From an uncultured Flavobacteriales bacterium (GTDB lineage: Bacteria; Bacteroidota; Bacteroidia; Flavobacteriales; BACL11), in NCBI GenBank assembly GCA_905181635.1, contig CAJIYM010000005.1:113529-177528 (forward strand): a stretch of DNA of 64,000 nucleotides, read 5' to 3'. The position numbers and the translations under genes are program-made. Positions 41,136 through 50,693 of the stretch are shown piece by piece (the stretch's first letter is position 1; every line of letters starts with the position of its first letter). The notes beneath the pieces are model-generated. The model saw only the letters and a list, made by a program, of their open reading frames with translations, was not told the DNA's origin and did no database searches.

Positions 41136-43391
41136 TTAAAATTCTTCATCAAATTCTTCAGTTCCAAAACTATTAGTTTCCTCCCCACAATCTAATTTTA
41201 GATCCACTGACTTTGGAATATCAAAGTCAATTGGATAAATTCCTGACTCCAAGGTATCAGCATACACCCTCTGCATATATTCTGCAAAAACCGGCAATGC
41301 CATGTTGGCTCCTTGTCCGTAATGTATTGTTCTAAAATGAGCTGCCCTATCCTCACAGCCGCTCCAAACACCAGTAACTAAATTGGGGGTTATACCCATA
41401 AAATACCCATCAGACTGGTTTTGAGTCGTTCCTGTTTTACCTCCCATTTCATTTTTAAAACCGTACTTAAATCGTAATCTCACGCCTGTACCTCTAGTTA
41501 CTCCTGCTGCAGGGCTATACACCCCATCAACTACACCTTGCAACATTCTTACCATAAGGTCAGCCGTTTCCTTACTCATAGCTTCCTGAGTTTTTGGTTC
41601 AAAATCCTCCAATACAACGCCATTCTTATCTTCAATTCGAGTAACAAAAATAGGTTCTGTCCATACTCCTTTATTTACAAAAGTAGAGTACGCTCCAACC
41701 ATTTCATAAACCGATAAATCAAAAGTTCCCAAACATAAAGAGGGTACTGCCAAAATCTTAGACTGAATTCCAATCTTTTTTGCCAAATCGACCACAGCAT
41801 GAGGGCCAAATTGCTTCATAATATAAGCTGTAACTGTATTAATAGAGTTGGCCAATCCAAACTTTAAAGTTAATGACATTTCATCATACTCATCTCCTGA
41901 ATTTTTTGGCACCCAGTCTTTCTCCAACCTCCATCTCTTTTTATCAAAAACAACCGGAACATTAGAAACTTCAGAACATGGGGTGTAGCCCTCCTGCATT
42001 GCTAAGGAGTATAGAAAAGGTTTGAATGTAGATCCTACTTGTCGTTTTCCAATCTTAACATGATCGTACTTAAAGTACTTATAGTTTATACCACCAACAT
42101 AAGCCTTAACATGCCCTGTTTTTGGATCCATACTCATCATGCCGCTATGAATAAAAAACTTGTTATATTTTATGGAGTCTCTAGGAGAAAGCAAAGTGTC
42201 TATCTCGCCATCCCAAGAAAATAAAGTCATTTGCACCTTCTTTTGGAAAATACTTTTTATTTCATCTTTAGACTTCCCCGCCTTCTTTAGCTTCCTATAT
42301 CTTTCAGAACGCCTCATTCCTTGGTCAATAATTTCATCTATTTGCTCCCATTCAAAATCATCAGGATATGGAGCCTTAGTATAGCCCTTCCAATGGTTAT
42401 TAAAGTCTTTTTGCAAAGATGAAATATGAGTACGCATACCCTCTTCAGCAAACTGCTGTAAACGAGAATTAATTGTAGTATATACTTTTAAACCGTCCGT
42501 GTAAGCATTGTAATTGGTGCCGTCCGGCTTAGTATGTGTTGAACACCAATTCTTTAATTCTAACCTAAAATATTCTCTAAAATAAGGAGCTAAACCTTCA
42601 TTATGACTTGCTTTTTTAAAATTTAAAATAATTGGTTGTTGCACTAAAGAATCAAACAAATAGTCCGAAATAACATCATATTTTCTCATTTGAGAAAGAA
42701 CAATATTTCTTCTTCTCTCTGTTAATTCGATTCTTCTGTTTGGATTATAGTATGATGGGTTTTTTAACATTCCTACAAGCATTGCAGACTCTAAAACATT
42801 CAAATCAATAGGTGCTTTGTTAAAGTAAACTTGTGATGCTGATTTAATTCCTACAGCATTATTTACCCAATCAAACCGATTTAGATACATAGTTAATATC
42901 TCATCCTTTGTATAGCGCTTTTCAAGTTGTCCTGAAATTATCCACTCCTTTAGCTTTTGCATAACTCTTTCGACTCCAGAACTAGGCTTATCCGTAAACA
43001 ACATTTTGGATAATTGTTGAGTAATTGTACTTGCTCCTCCTGAACTGCTTTTTCCAGTTAAAGCTCCATAAATAGCTCTAAGTAATGCTCTTCCGTCTAT
43101 TCCAGAATGATTCCTAAAGCGTACATCTTCGGTTGAAATGAATGCGTTAATTAAATTTTCTGGAAGCTCATTGTAGTTTGCCCTACTCCTATTTTCAAAA
43201 AAATATTTCCCTAAAACAACACCATCTTCCGAAATAATTTCAGTGGCTAAATTATTCTTTGGATTCTCTAGCTGCTCAAATGAAGGCAGATCACCAAAAA
43301 CACCAATAGCTGTAAGATTAACTAATAGAAACAAACCAAAAAATGGACTTGTAATAATCAACCACAATAGTATCTTTCTATATCTACTCAT
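41136..43391 (-). CDS. Class A penicillin-binding protein (PBP1A)
   Basis: EDVRF..HSG, GASTITQQ, GSTFKP (SxxK), SIN, KTGT. Confidence 0.93.
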   Translation of the reverse strand: MSRYRKILLWLIITSPFFGLFLLVNLTAIGVFGDLPSFEQLENPKNNLATEIISEDGVVLGKYFFENRSRANYNELPENLINAFISTEDVRFRNHSGIDGRALLRAIYGALTGKSSSGGASTITQQLSKMLFTDKPSSGVERVMQKLKEWIISGQLEKRYTKDEILTMYLNRFDWVNNAVGIKSASQVYFNKAPIDLNVLESAMLVGMLKNPSYYNPNRRIELTERRRNIVLSQMRKYDVISDYLFDSLVQQPIILNFKKASHNEGLAPYFREYFRLELKNWCSTHTKPDGTNYNAYTDGLKVYTTINSRLQQFAEEGMRTHISSLQKDFNNHWKGYTKAPYPDDFEWEQIDEIIDQGMRRSERYRKLKKAGKSKDEIKSIFQKKVQMTLFSWDGEIDTLLSPRDSIKYNKFFIHSGMMSMDPKTGHVKAYVGGINYKYFKYDHVKIGKRQVGSTFKPFLYSLAMQEGYTPCSEVSNVPVVFDKKRWRLEKDWVPKNSGDEYDEMSLTLKFGLANSINTVTAYIMKQFGPHAVVDLAKKIGIQSKILAVPSLCLGTFDLSVYEMVGAYSTFVNKGVWTEPIFVTRIEDKNGVVLEDFEPKTQEAMSKETADLMVRMLQGVVDGVYSPAAGVTRGTGVRLRFKYGFKNEMGGKTGTTQNQSDGYFMGITPNLVTGVWSGCEDRAAHFRTIHYGQGANMALPVFAEYMQRVYADTLESGIYPIDFDIPKSVDLKLDCGEETNSFGTEEFDEEF

Positions 43392-43848
43392 CTTGTTTTT
43401 CTATACTTATTCCTACAGCAAGTATATTATTTAGTATTTGGATTTTTTCAGATGCCCCGTATCTCATTGCTTGTTCAATTTGAAAAGAATAATTCCCCTT
43501 TTTACTAAATAACTTTGCATTATGATATTCAAATTCAAGCTCTCTAACATCGCCAATCCCATTACCTAACCACATTCCTTCTTTATTTGCCAATATCAAT
43601 TCAACTGTATCCATCATCTCTGTCTTGACAAATAAAAATAAATTCTGAAACTCATAATCAACCGTATGCCTTAGCTTAATTTTGATTTTGTTTTTACTAG
43701 TAGTGTCATTTATTGAATAATTAAAAGAAACTATACTGTCGGCAATCCATTTCTGATTTTCAAAACTTTTATATTCTTCATAAACAACAGAATTATTACA
43801 TGAAGTAAACATAACTATTATGCCAATTAAAGCGAGATTCCTCATCAT
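43384..43848 (-). CDS. gldH: Gliding motility lipoprotein GldH
   Basis: Lipobox FTSC, Y.FQNLFL, G.WLG.G.G, IEQAMR; ricT-gldH-PBP1A synteny. Confidence 0.88.
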   Translation of the reverse strand: MMRNLALIGIIVMFTSCNNSVVYEEYKSFENQKWIADSIVSFNYSINDTTSKNKIKIKLRHTVDYEFQNLFLFVKTEMMDTVELILANKEGMWLGNGIGDVRELEFEYHNAKLFSKKGNYSFQIEQAMRYGASEKIQILNNILAVGISIEKQDE

Positions 43849-43859
43849 ATAATTACTTT

Positions 43860-45011
43860 TTAATTACGATGAGATCCATCACAATTTCCATTTGGATTTT
43901 TGGTTTTTCCGCAATGACAGTTTCCTTTTTTTTTCTTTTTAAATTTTAATTTCTTTTTTTTATCAAATCGACTAATATTATCTTGACCCATAGCGTCTTC
44001 AAAAGAAACTTCTTTTTGCCCGATTTCAATTACAAAACTTTCAAAGCTTGCTGGTGTTTCTCCTTTTTTATTTAATGCAATAATTTTATTTACATTCTCA
44101 ATAGTTAGCTCAAGTAAATCACCTGGGCTGTCCATGTTAAAATAAAATAACACTCCTTTAAAAACATCTAATTTGACAAATTTAGCATTTCCTTTTTTCG
44201 ATTTTAGTTGCACTTTTGTGCTGGGGAAATCTTTTAGGGCTTCAGTATATCCATCTAATTCAAAATTTAAACAACACTTTAACCTTCCGCACTGTCCCGA
44301 AATTTTTTGAGGATTAATTGATAGTTGCTGATAACGAGCAGCATTAGTTGACACTGATGGAAAATCAGTCATCCACGTAGAACAACAAAGCTCTCTTCCA
44401 CATGAGCCTATTCCTCCAATTTTGGCAGCTTCTTGCCTGACTCCAATCTGACGCATTTCTACCCTAACCCCAAAACTTCTTGAATATTCTCTTATCAACT
44501 CCCTGAAGTCTACTCTTTTCTCAGCTGTATAATAAAATGTTGCTTTCGAGTTATCCCCCTGAAATTCAACATCAGTAAGCTTCATTTCTAGCCTGGAATT
44601 TTCAACAATTCGTTTTGCTTTTATTAAAATTTCGTCCTCATTAGCTACGGCATTCTTCCACTTGATCATGTCATTTTCTGACGCTATTCGAAATAGTTTT
44701 CTAATAGGATCCTTTTCAACATCTCGGCTTTTACGTTTTATCTGCAAAGCGACTAGTTCGCCCTTCATTGTTACTTTACCGATATCATGCCCTGACTTTT
44801 CACCCTGCACAACCACCCAATCTCCACTATTAATATCAATATCATCTGAATTAACATAGAAGTCTTTCCTGTCTCCCTTAAACTGTACTTCAACTAAGTT
44901 TGTATTTTCGCTTTTTGGAGCATCAATTTGATACAACCAGTCAAAAACAGTGCTGTTAGCAGAACCTCTATTTTCGGAAACCTCACATGTACTACAATTA
45001 CTACAACCCAT
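43860..45011 (-). CDS. ricT: PSP1/RicT (YaaT) regulatory Fe-S protein with C-terminal CDGSH motif
   Basis: VFDWL, RVDFRELI, GGIGSCGRELCC, SGQCGRLKCCL; ends CHCGKTKNPNGNCDGSH. Confidence 0.88.
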   Translation of the reverse strand: MGCSNCSTCEVSENRGSANSTVFDWLYQIDAPKSENTNLVEVQFKGDRKDFYVNSDDIDINSGDWVVVQGEKSGHDIGKVTMKGELVALQIKRKSRDVEKDPIRKLFRIASENDMIKWKNAVANEDEILIKAKRIVENSRLEMKLTDVEFQGDNSKATFYYTAEKRVDFRELIREYSRSFGVRVEMRQIGVRQEAAKIGGIGSCGRELCCSTWMTDFPSVSTNAARYQQLSINPQKISGQCGRLKCCLNFELDGYTEALKDFPSTKVQLKSKKGNAKFVKLDVFKGVLFYFNMDSPGDLLELTIENVNKIIALNKKGETPASFESFVIEIGQKEVSFEDAMGQDNISRFDKKKKLKFKKKKKGNCHCGKTKNPNGNCDGSHRN

Positions 45012-45016
45012 TTTTT

Positions 45017-46168
45017 TTATTTTATTGCAAACTTACGTTTAAGTCTTAAGAATTTCACCATTTGAAGTGAAAGCTCAAAAAATAAGATTTTTGCATTTGC
45101 ATTTCTATTAATTCCCTTTATTGATTCCTCTAATTTTTCAGTTATCATTACACTGTTTTCCTCATGAATAAATGGTGAAAATTTAGTTAAAAAAGTAAAT
45201 TCCTTTTTGTTTGTTTTAAGTAAGGTGCTACTCGCAAAATTATAAATTAAGCACTCCCTAACCATTTTTATAGCATATGATAAGAATAAATTTTGTTGTT
45301 TTCTTCCCTTTAACGAAAGGTTTTCCACCCATTTTGAAATCCCCTGAACATCCATTTTGTATGTAAGTCGCATCCATGCTGAAAAATCAGCAATCAAGTC
45401 TTGCTCATCTTCTCTGTCCTCCAAAATTTGATTGATTTTTCCCAAATCAGCATTTGTTAAGTTTCTAAGTTGTTTTGCCTTTTCCAATGACAAAACCTGC
45501 TCTCCAAAATGAGCGATGATATCTTCCAGTGTAAAGTCAGCAACCTTAATTGTCTGTAGTCTTGAAATTATAGTTGGTAAAAGTTGATTGGCATTTTCTG
45601 TTACCAACAAAAAGATGGTTCCCTTTGGTGGTTCTTCAAATAACTTCAGTAGCTTATTAGATACGTCTAAATTCATTCTTTCTGGCATCCAAATCATTAC
45701 AACTCTATGATCAGCCTCATAATTTTTAAGACTTAGCTTTTTATGAATATTGTTTGCTTCGTCTTTATAAATTGTGCCCTGCTGCCCTAATTTATTTTCA
45801 GTCCCAAATGAATCAATCCAACCATTTAATGACCCATAATAGTTGTTAGTTATGAAATTCCGCCACTGCCCAATAAAATGGTCGCTTACAGGCCTCTGCA
45901 CTTTTTTAGTCTTTAAAACTGGTATAACCAAATGCAGGTCAGGATGTGAAAGACTATTAAACTTTAAGCAAGAGGAGCAGACACCACAAGAATCAACTGC
46001 AGTTCTGTTTTTGCAATTTAAAAACTGAGCATAAGCAAGCGCTAAAGCCAATTTAGCACTACCGCTTTTTCCAGAAAAAAGCTGAGCATGACTAATTCGA
46101 TTATTTCTAACCGCATTAATTAGCTGCTTTTTCACATTACTATTTCCTGTAATCTCCTTAAATAACAT
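45017..46168 (-). CDS. holB: DNA polymerase III delta' subunit
   Basis: RISHAQLF.G, C..SCGVCSSC Zn module, HPDLH, NKLLK..EEPP, LLPTIISR. Confidence 0.92.
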   Translation of the reverse strand: MLFKEITGNSNVKKQLINAVRNNRISHAQLFSGKSGSAKLALALAYAQFLNCKNRTAVDSCGVCSSCLKFNSLSHPDLHLVIPVLKTKKVQRPVSDHFIGQWRNFITNNYYGSLNGWIDSFGTENKLGQQGTIYKDEANNIHKKLSLKNYEADHRVVMIWMPERMNLDVSNKLLKLFEEPPKGTIFLLVTENANQLLPTIISRLQTIKVADFTLEDIIAHFGEQVLSLEKAKQLRNLTNADLGKINQILEDREDEQDLIADFSAWMRLTYKMDVQGISKWVENLSLKGRKQQNLFLSYAIKMVRECLIYNFASSTLLKTNKKEFTFLTKFSPFIHEENSVMITEKLEESIKGINRNANAKILFFELSLQMVKFLRLKRKFAIK

Positions 46169-46185
46169 TCAAAATTTATTTCTGT

Positions 46186-46193
46186 CAAATATA
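46186..46193 (-). promoter_or_regulatory. -7 promoter element (TATATTTG) for the holB operon
   Basis: TAnnTTTG match. Confidence 0.6.
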
Positions 46194-46224
46194 AATAATT
46201 TGTGCTCATTTTTATCATTTATTT

Positions 46225-46232
46225 TACTTTTG
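46225..46232 (+). promoter_or_regulatory. -7 promoter element (TACTTTTG), 4 nt before the pgk ATG
   Basis: TAnnTTTG-N4-ATG. Confidence 0.6.
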
Positions 46233-46236
46233 CATA

Positions 46237-47427
46237 ATGAATAATATAAGCGACGTATCTCTAAAAGGAAAAAAGGTTTTAATACGAGTTGACTTTAATG
46301 TTCCCTTAGACAAACATTTTAACATTACTGATGACAGTAGAATTCAAGCAGCCCTACCAACAATTAAAAAAGTTATTGCAAGTGGAGGTAGAGCAATTAT
46401 TATGTCTCACCTGGGAAGACCAAAAAATGGTTTTGAAGAAAAATTTTCATTAAAACATATTCTAATGCGCCTATCTAATTTGCTTAAAGTTAAAGTTGGT
46501 TTTAGTGCAGAGTGTATTGGTGGAAAAACCTTAAATGACATATCTAAAATGGAAGATGGAGGTGTATTGGTATTAGAAAATTTGCGTTTTTACTCACAAG
46601 AAAAAACTGGAGATAATGAATTTGCAAAACAATTAGCCAAACTTGGCGATGTGTATGTGAACGATGCTTTTGGAACCGCTCATAGAGCTCACGCTTCTAC
46701 TTTCGCTATTGCTAATTATTTTCCAAAAAATAAATATTTTGGACTATTACTTAGCACTGAAATAAATAACTTAGAGATTGCCCTTAAAAACCCTAAAAGA
46801 CCTTTTACAGCAATTATAGGTGGTGCAAAAATAACGGGTAAGATTGATGTTATTACTTCACTTTTAGACAAAGTTGACAACCTAATTATTGGTGGCGGTA
46901 TGGCTTATACTTTTGCTAAAGCAATGGGGGGGTGTATTGGTGATTCATTAGTGGAAAATGATAAGGTAGCTTTGGCAAAAAGCTTAATTACAAAAGCCAA
47001 AGCTAAGGGAGTTCAATTACTATTGCCTTCTGATTCTATAAATGCAAATGAGTTCAACAATAATGCAATAATTCAACATTCTGAAATTACAAATATTCCT
47101 GATGGGTTTATGGGGTTAGATATTGGAAGTGACAGCATCACTAGGTTCTCTAAGGTAATATTGGATTCAAAAACAATAATTTGGAACGGGCCTATGGGTG
47201 TTTTTGAAATGGATAATTTTTTGAACGGCACTAAAAAAATTGGCGAAGCAATATGTAAAGCGACTAAAAAAGGAGCGTTTTCATTAGTTGGGGGTGGTGA
47301 TTCTGTTGCGGCTGTGAAGAAGTTTGGTTTTACTAAAAAAGTATCCTATATTTCGACGGGTGGAGGCGCTATGTTAGAGTATCTTGAGGGCAAGAAACTT
47401 CCTGGAGTAATCGCTATTCAGGATTAA
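46237..47427 (+). CDS. pgk: Phosphoglycerate kinase
   Basis: RVDFNVP, SHLGRP, NDAFGTAHRAHAS, WNGPMGVFE, GGGDS, STGGGA. Confidence 0.97.
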   Translation: MNNISDVSLKGKKVLIRVDFNVPLDKHFNITDDSRIQAALPTIKKVIASGGRAIIMSHLGRPKNGFEEKFSLKHILMRLSNLLKVKVGFSAECIGGKTLNDISKMEDGGVLVLENLRFYSQEKTGDNEFAKQLAKLGDVYVNDAFGTAHRAHASTFAIANYFPKNKYFGLLLSTEINNLEIALKNPKRPFTAIIGGAKITGKIDVITSLLDKVDNLIIGGGMAYTFAKAMGGCIGDSLVENDKVALAKSLITKAKAKGVQLLLPSDSINANEFNNNAIIQHSEITNIPDGFMGLDIGSDSITRFSKVILDSKTIIWNGPMGVFEMDNFLNGTKKIGEAICKATKKGAFSLVGGGDSVAAVKKFGFTKKVSYISTGGGAMLEYLEGKKLPGVIAIQD

Positions 47428-47959
47428 TTTTCTGATTAATCTTCTCCTTTGCTTTTTTAGCCTCTATATCCATTTTGTCTAAAATAGATTGGTGTTTTTT
47501 AAACTGTGGAGTAATTATTTTTGCAACATTAGTAAGTGGGTCAAATAATACAGAAGTCTCCTTCGTTTGTTTTTTCACTAAGTTATAATCGTTAATTAAA
47601 AAGAGTAAAAAACTAAAAACAACAACTACTTTTAAAAATCCAAAAACACTCCCAAACACCCTACTAAAAACTCCTAATGCTAATGCTTTCGTTAGCTTGT
47701 CAACAAAAAACCCTAATGTTTTTATAACTAGCACCGTCACTAAAAACAAAACCCCAAAAGCTAAAAGAGGAACAAACTGCTGATAACCATCCAATATATC
47801 TATAAATTTTGGCTCCAAATATTCTGAAAAATTAATAGCAATATAAACACCTGCAAACAAAGCTAATAGTGAGGTTACCTCTTTAACAATTCCATTAGAA
47901 AAACCTTTTATCAAACCATAAAATAAAGGAATGGCTATTATAATATCTAGATAATTCAT
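47414..47959 (-). CDS. CvpA family membrane protein
   Basis: MNYLDIII, GF..G..KE, R..G..FG..K, hydrophobic helices. Confidence 0.88.
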   Translation of the reverse strand: MNYLDIIIAIPLFYGLIKGFSNGIVKEVTSLLALFAGVYIAINFSEYLEPKFIDILDGYQQFVPLLAFGVLFLVTVLVIKTLGFFVDKLTKALALGVFSRVFGSVFGFLKVVVVFSFLLFLINDYNLVKKQTKETSVLFDPLTNVAKIITPQFKKHQSILDKMDIEAKKAKEKINQKINPE

Positions 47960-47980
47960 ACCGTAAAGATATTAAAATTT

Positions 47981-47988
47981 TAACTTTG
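47981..47988 (+). promoter_or_regulatory. -7 promoter element (TAACTTTG), 4 nt before ATG 47993
   Basis: TAnnTTTG-N4-ATG. Confidence 0.6.
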
Positions 47989-47992
47989 CATT

Positions 47993-48319
47993 ATGGATGA
48001 CTTAGATAAAAAATGGGATGCTTTAGTTTTAAAAATAGAGAAGAAATTTGAAGATGAAATAAACTTAAAGGCTATTCTTTATTTAATTGGTGTGCAAGAA
48101 CTAAATATGGGTATTAAGCGATTTGGCAGGGAAGAGAAGGTAGACATTCTACATGTTGCAGTCTGTAAGATACTAACTCCTTTTGGGTTTTATAAGTTTG
48201 ATAGAGTGGATGAGGATGGGTGGCCGCACTGGACTGAATTAAAAGCTTTAAAAAATCTTGATGATGCAAAGCAAGGGCTACTAATGAAGGAGGCTATTAT
48301 AAAATATCTTAATAATTAA
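47993..48319 (+). CDS. Conserved Bacteroidota hypothetical protein
   Basis: ILYLIGVQEL, EKVDILHVAVC, D.DGWPHW motif. Confidence 0.8.
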   Translation: MDDLDKKWDALVLKIEKKFEDEINLKAILYLIGVQELNMGIKRFGREEKVDILHVAVCKILTPFGFYKFDRVDEDGWPHWTELKALKNLDDAKQGLLMKEAIIKYLNN

Positions 48320-48770
48320 GCAATTTTACCACCTGCGTTGTTGTTTTTTCTTTTTGAATATTAATGATATTTGCCCCTAAGTACTCATCATTTCCGTCTA
48401 CTTTTAAAACAGATACATTTAAAATCATTTCTAAAGGAAGTGTAAATTCTACTCTTCCATTATTATCAGTAGACTCTGCCTTAAATAAATCTGAATATTG
48501 TCCTGTTGGGCTATAAGAAGTGTCTAGGTTGGCTTTTACTAAAAGGTCTAGGGATCTATTCGCATAATCATCAGGGTCATATGTGTATAGTGATTGTTTT
48601 AATTCATTTGCATGTAAAATAACCCTTGCTTGAGGCACTGCATTTCCAGAACCATCTTGCACAATAACTACAGCTATTGTCTCTTTTTCTTTTTTACAAG
48701 ATATAAATGTAGTTGCAATCACTAGAGCAAAAATCCCTAATAATATAGTTTTAAAAATCCTATTTAGCAT
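48309..48770 (-). CDS. Hypothetical lipoprotein (transthyretin/carboxypeptidase-regulatory-like fold possible)
   Basis: Signal with FISC lipobox, V.DGSGNAVP.A.V, TDNNG; ATG 48770 preferred. Confidence 0.7.
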   Translation of the reverse strand: MLNRIFKTILLGIFALVIATTFISCKKEKETIAVVIVQDGSGNAVPQARVILHANELKQSLYTYDPDDYANRSLDLLVKANLDTSYSPTGQYSDLFKAESTDNNGRVEFTLPLEMILNVSVLKVDGNDEYLGANIINIQKEKTTTQVVKLLNY

Positions 48771-48820
48771 AATTATTGTTTCTTTGTAATTCAATTAGCA
48801 AATATATATAAATTATTGCA

Positions 48821-49837
48821 ATGTTAGAAAAGGTAAAGGGATTACTACAAGAAGTTGAAAAATTTTCTCCAAAATCAGAGATAGAAACTGAAGAGTTTCG
48901 CCTCAAGTTTTTAGGGAAAAAGGGGGAGATGAATACTTTATTTGCTGCATTTAAAGAGGTTCCTAACGAAAGCAAAAAAGAGTTTGGACAAGCAATAAAC
49001 GCCTTAAAGCAAAATGCCCAAGCTAAAGTTGAAGCATTTAAAGGAAGTTTCAACACTGAAAAGGAGAATGAAGAAATTGATTTAAGCCGACCAGTTTCTT
49101 TAGATAATTTAGGAAGTAGACATCCTATTTCCTTGGTAAGAAACCAAATTGTAGATATTTTTAATCGCATTGGCTTTACTGTTTCAGAAGGGCCAGAAAT
49201 TGAAGATGATTGGCATAATTTTTCTGCTTTAAATTTACCACAAGAGCATCCTGCAAGAGATATGCAGGACACCTTTTTTATCCAAACTAACCCTGATGTT
49301 TTATTAAGAACACATACCTCATCCGTACAAGTAAGATATATGGAGGGTAATAAACCCCCAATCAGAACACTTTCACCAGGAAGAGTATATAGAAATGAGG
49401 CGATTTCAGCACGAGCACATTGTATTTTTCATCAAGTAGAAGGTTTATATATTGATGAAAACGTAAGTTTTGCCGATTTGAAACAAGCGCTTCTTTATTT
49501 TGCAAAAGAAATGTTTGGAGAAAAAACAAAAATAAGATTAAGGCCTTCATATTTCCCATTTACAGAGCCCTCAGCTGAGGTAGATGTAAGTTGTAATATT
49601 TGTAATAGCAAAGGATGTAATGTATGTAAATACACTGGTTATTTGGAAATTTTAGGTTGTGGAATGGTTGACCCTAATGTTTTGGAGAACTGTGGAATTG
49701 ACTCTAAAAAATATACGGGATATGCCTTTGGAATGGGAATTGAAAGAATTGCTATGTTAAAATATGGAGTAAAAGATTTACGGTTATTTTTTGAGAATGA
49801 TGTGCGTTTTTTAAAGCAGTTTAACAAAAGCATCTAA
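48821..49837 (+). CDS. pheS: Phenylalanine--tRNA ligase alpha subunit
   Basis: HPARDMQDTF, LRTHTS, FHQVEG, RPSYFPFTEPS, GYAFGMGIER. Confidence 0.97.
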   Translation: MLEKVKGLLQEVEKFSPKSEIETEEFRLKFLGKKGEMNTLFAAFKEVPNESKKEFGQAINALKQNAQAKVEAFKGSFNTEKENEEIDLSRPVSLDNLGSRHPISLVRNQIVDIFNRIGFTVSEGPEIEDDWHNFSALNLPQEHPARDMQDTFFIQTNPDVLLRTHTSSVQVRYMEGNKPPIRTLSPGRVYRNEAISARAHCIFHQVEGLYIDENVSFADLKQALLYFAKEMFGEKTKIRLRPSYFPFTEPSAEVDVSCNICNSKGCNVCKYTGYLEILGCGMVDPNVLENCGIDSKKYTGYAFGMGIERIAMLKYGVKDLRLFFENDVRFLKQFNKSI

Positions 49838-49843
49838 ACTTAG

Positions 49844-50617
49844 ATGGACATAATATTAATCTGCTTAGCGGCATTTTTCGCATCACTACTCACTTTTTTT
49901 TCTGGTTTTGGTTTAGGCACAATTTTAATGCCTGTTTTTGCTCTTTTCTTTCCTCTTGAAATGGCAATCGCCTTAACTGGAGTTGTTCATTTGTTAAATA
50001 ATTTTTTTAAAATGTACTTGGTAGGCAAAGAAGCAAATTGGAGAATTGTGCTGAAATTTGGGGCTCCTGCTGTAATTAGTGCGTTAATAGGAGCATGGCT
50101 ATTAATAACCTTTTCTGAGACTACAGAGTGGTATGTTTATTCTCTTGGTGCTAAGGAATTTATAATGACTCCTATAAAAGTGGTGGTTGCCTTTTTAATG
50201 TTTGGCTTTGCATTTTTGGAATTAATGCCTTTTTTCAAAAAATTAGAATTTGCTGAAAACAAATTATTTATTGGGGGTATTATTAGTGGGTTTTTTGGTG
50301 GACTATCAGGCCATCAAGGGGCGCTAAGAAGTGCTTTTTTAATTAAGTACGGATTGAGCAAAGAGAGCTTTATTGCTACTGGGGTGATGATTTCCTCTGT
50401 TATTGACATTTCAAGAGTCTCGGTTTATTTCACAAAATACATCTCTATTGGTATTGAAGAAAACATCAATCTTCTTTTAGCAGCTGTGCTGGCTGCATTT
50501 GCCGGCGCTTTAATTGGCAAAAAACTATTAAAGAAAATCACCACTAACTTTGTGCAAATTACTGTTGCAGTATTGATTATGCTAATGGCTGTTGCTATTG
50601 GCTTAGGGATTGTCTAG
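49844..50617 (+). CDS. TSUP (TauE/SafE) family membrane transporter
   Basis: SGFGLG, GFFGGLSG, about 8 TM helices in duplicated halves. Confidence 0.85.
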   Translation: MDIILICLAAFFASLLTFFSGFGLGTILMPVFALFFPLEMAIALTGVVHLLNNFFKMYLVGKEANWRIVLKFGAPAVISALIGAWLLITFSETTEWYVYSLGAKEFIMTPIKVVVAFLMFGFAFLELMPFFKKLEFAENKLFIGGIISGFFGGLSGHQGALRSAFLIKYGLSKESFIATGVMISSVIDISRVSVYFTKYISIGIEENINLLLAAVLAAFAGALIGKKLLKKITTNFVQITVAVLIMLMAVAIGLGIV

Positions 50618-50693
50618 CGTGTTAAAAATATTCTATTTATTTATGAGGCTTAATAGCTAAATTAGATTTAAAATAGAAATAAAGTATCAGTCT

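Noticed and set aside
48760-49272. 170-aa minus-strand ORF
   Set aside because: Antisense shadow of pheS; the apparent Cys motif is incidental
18106-50617. A unified sulfur/taurine pathway from the CSAD-like, sulfotransferase-like and TauE genes
   Set aside because: The genes are 8-30 kb apart in unrelated operons, and nothing in the sequence links them
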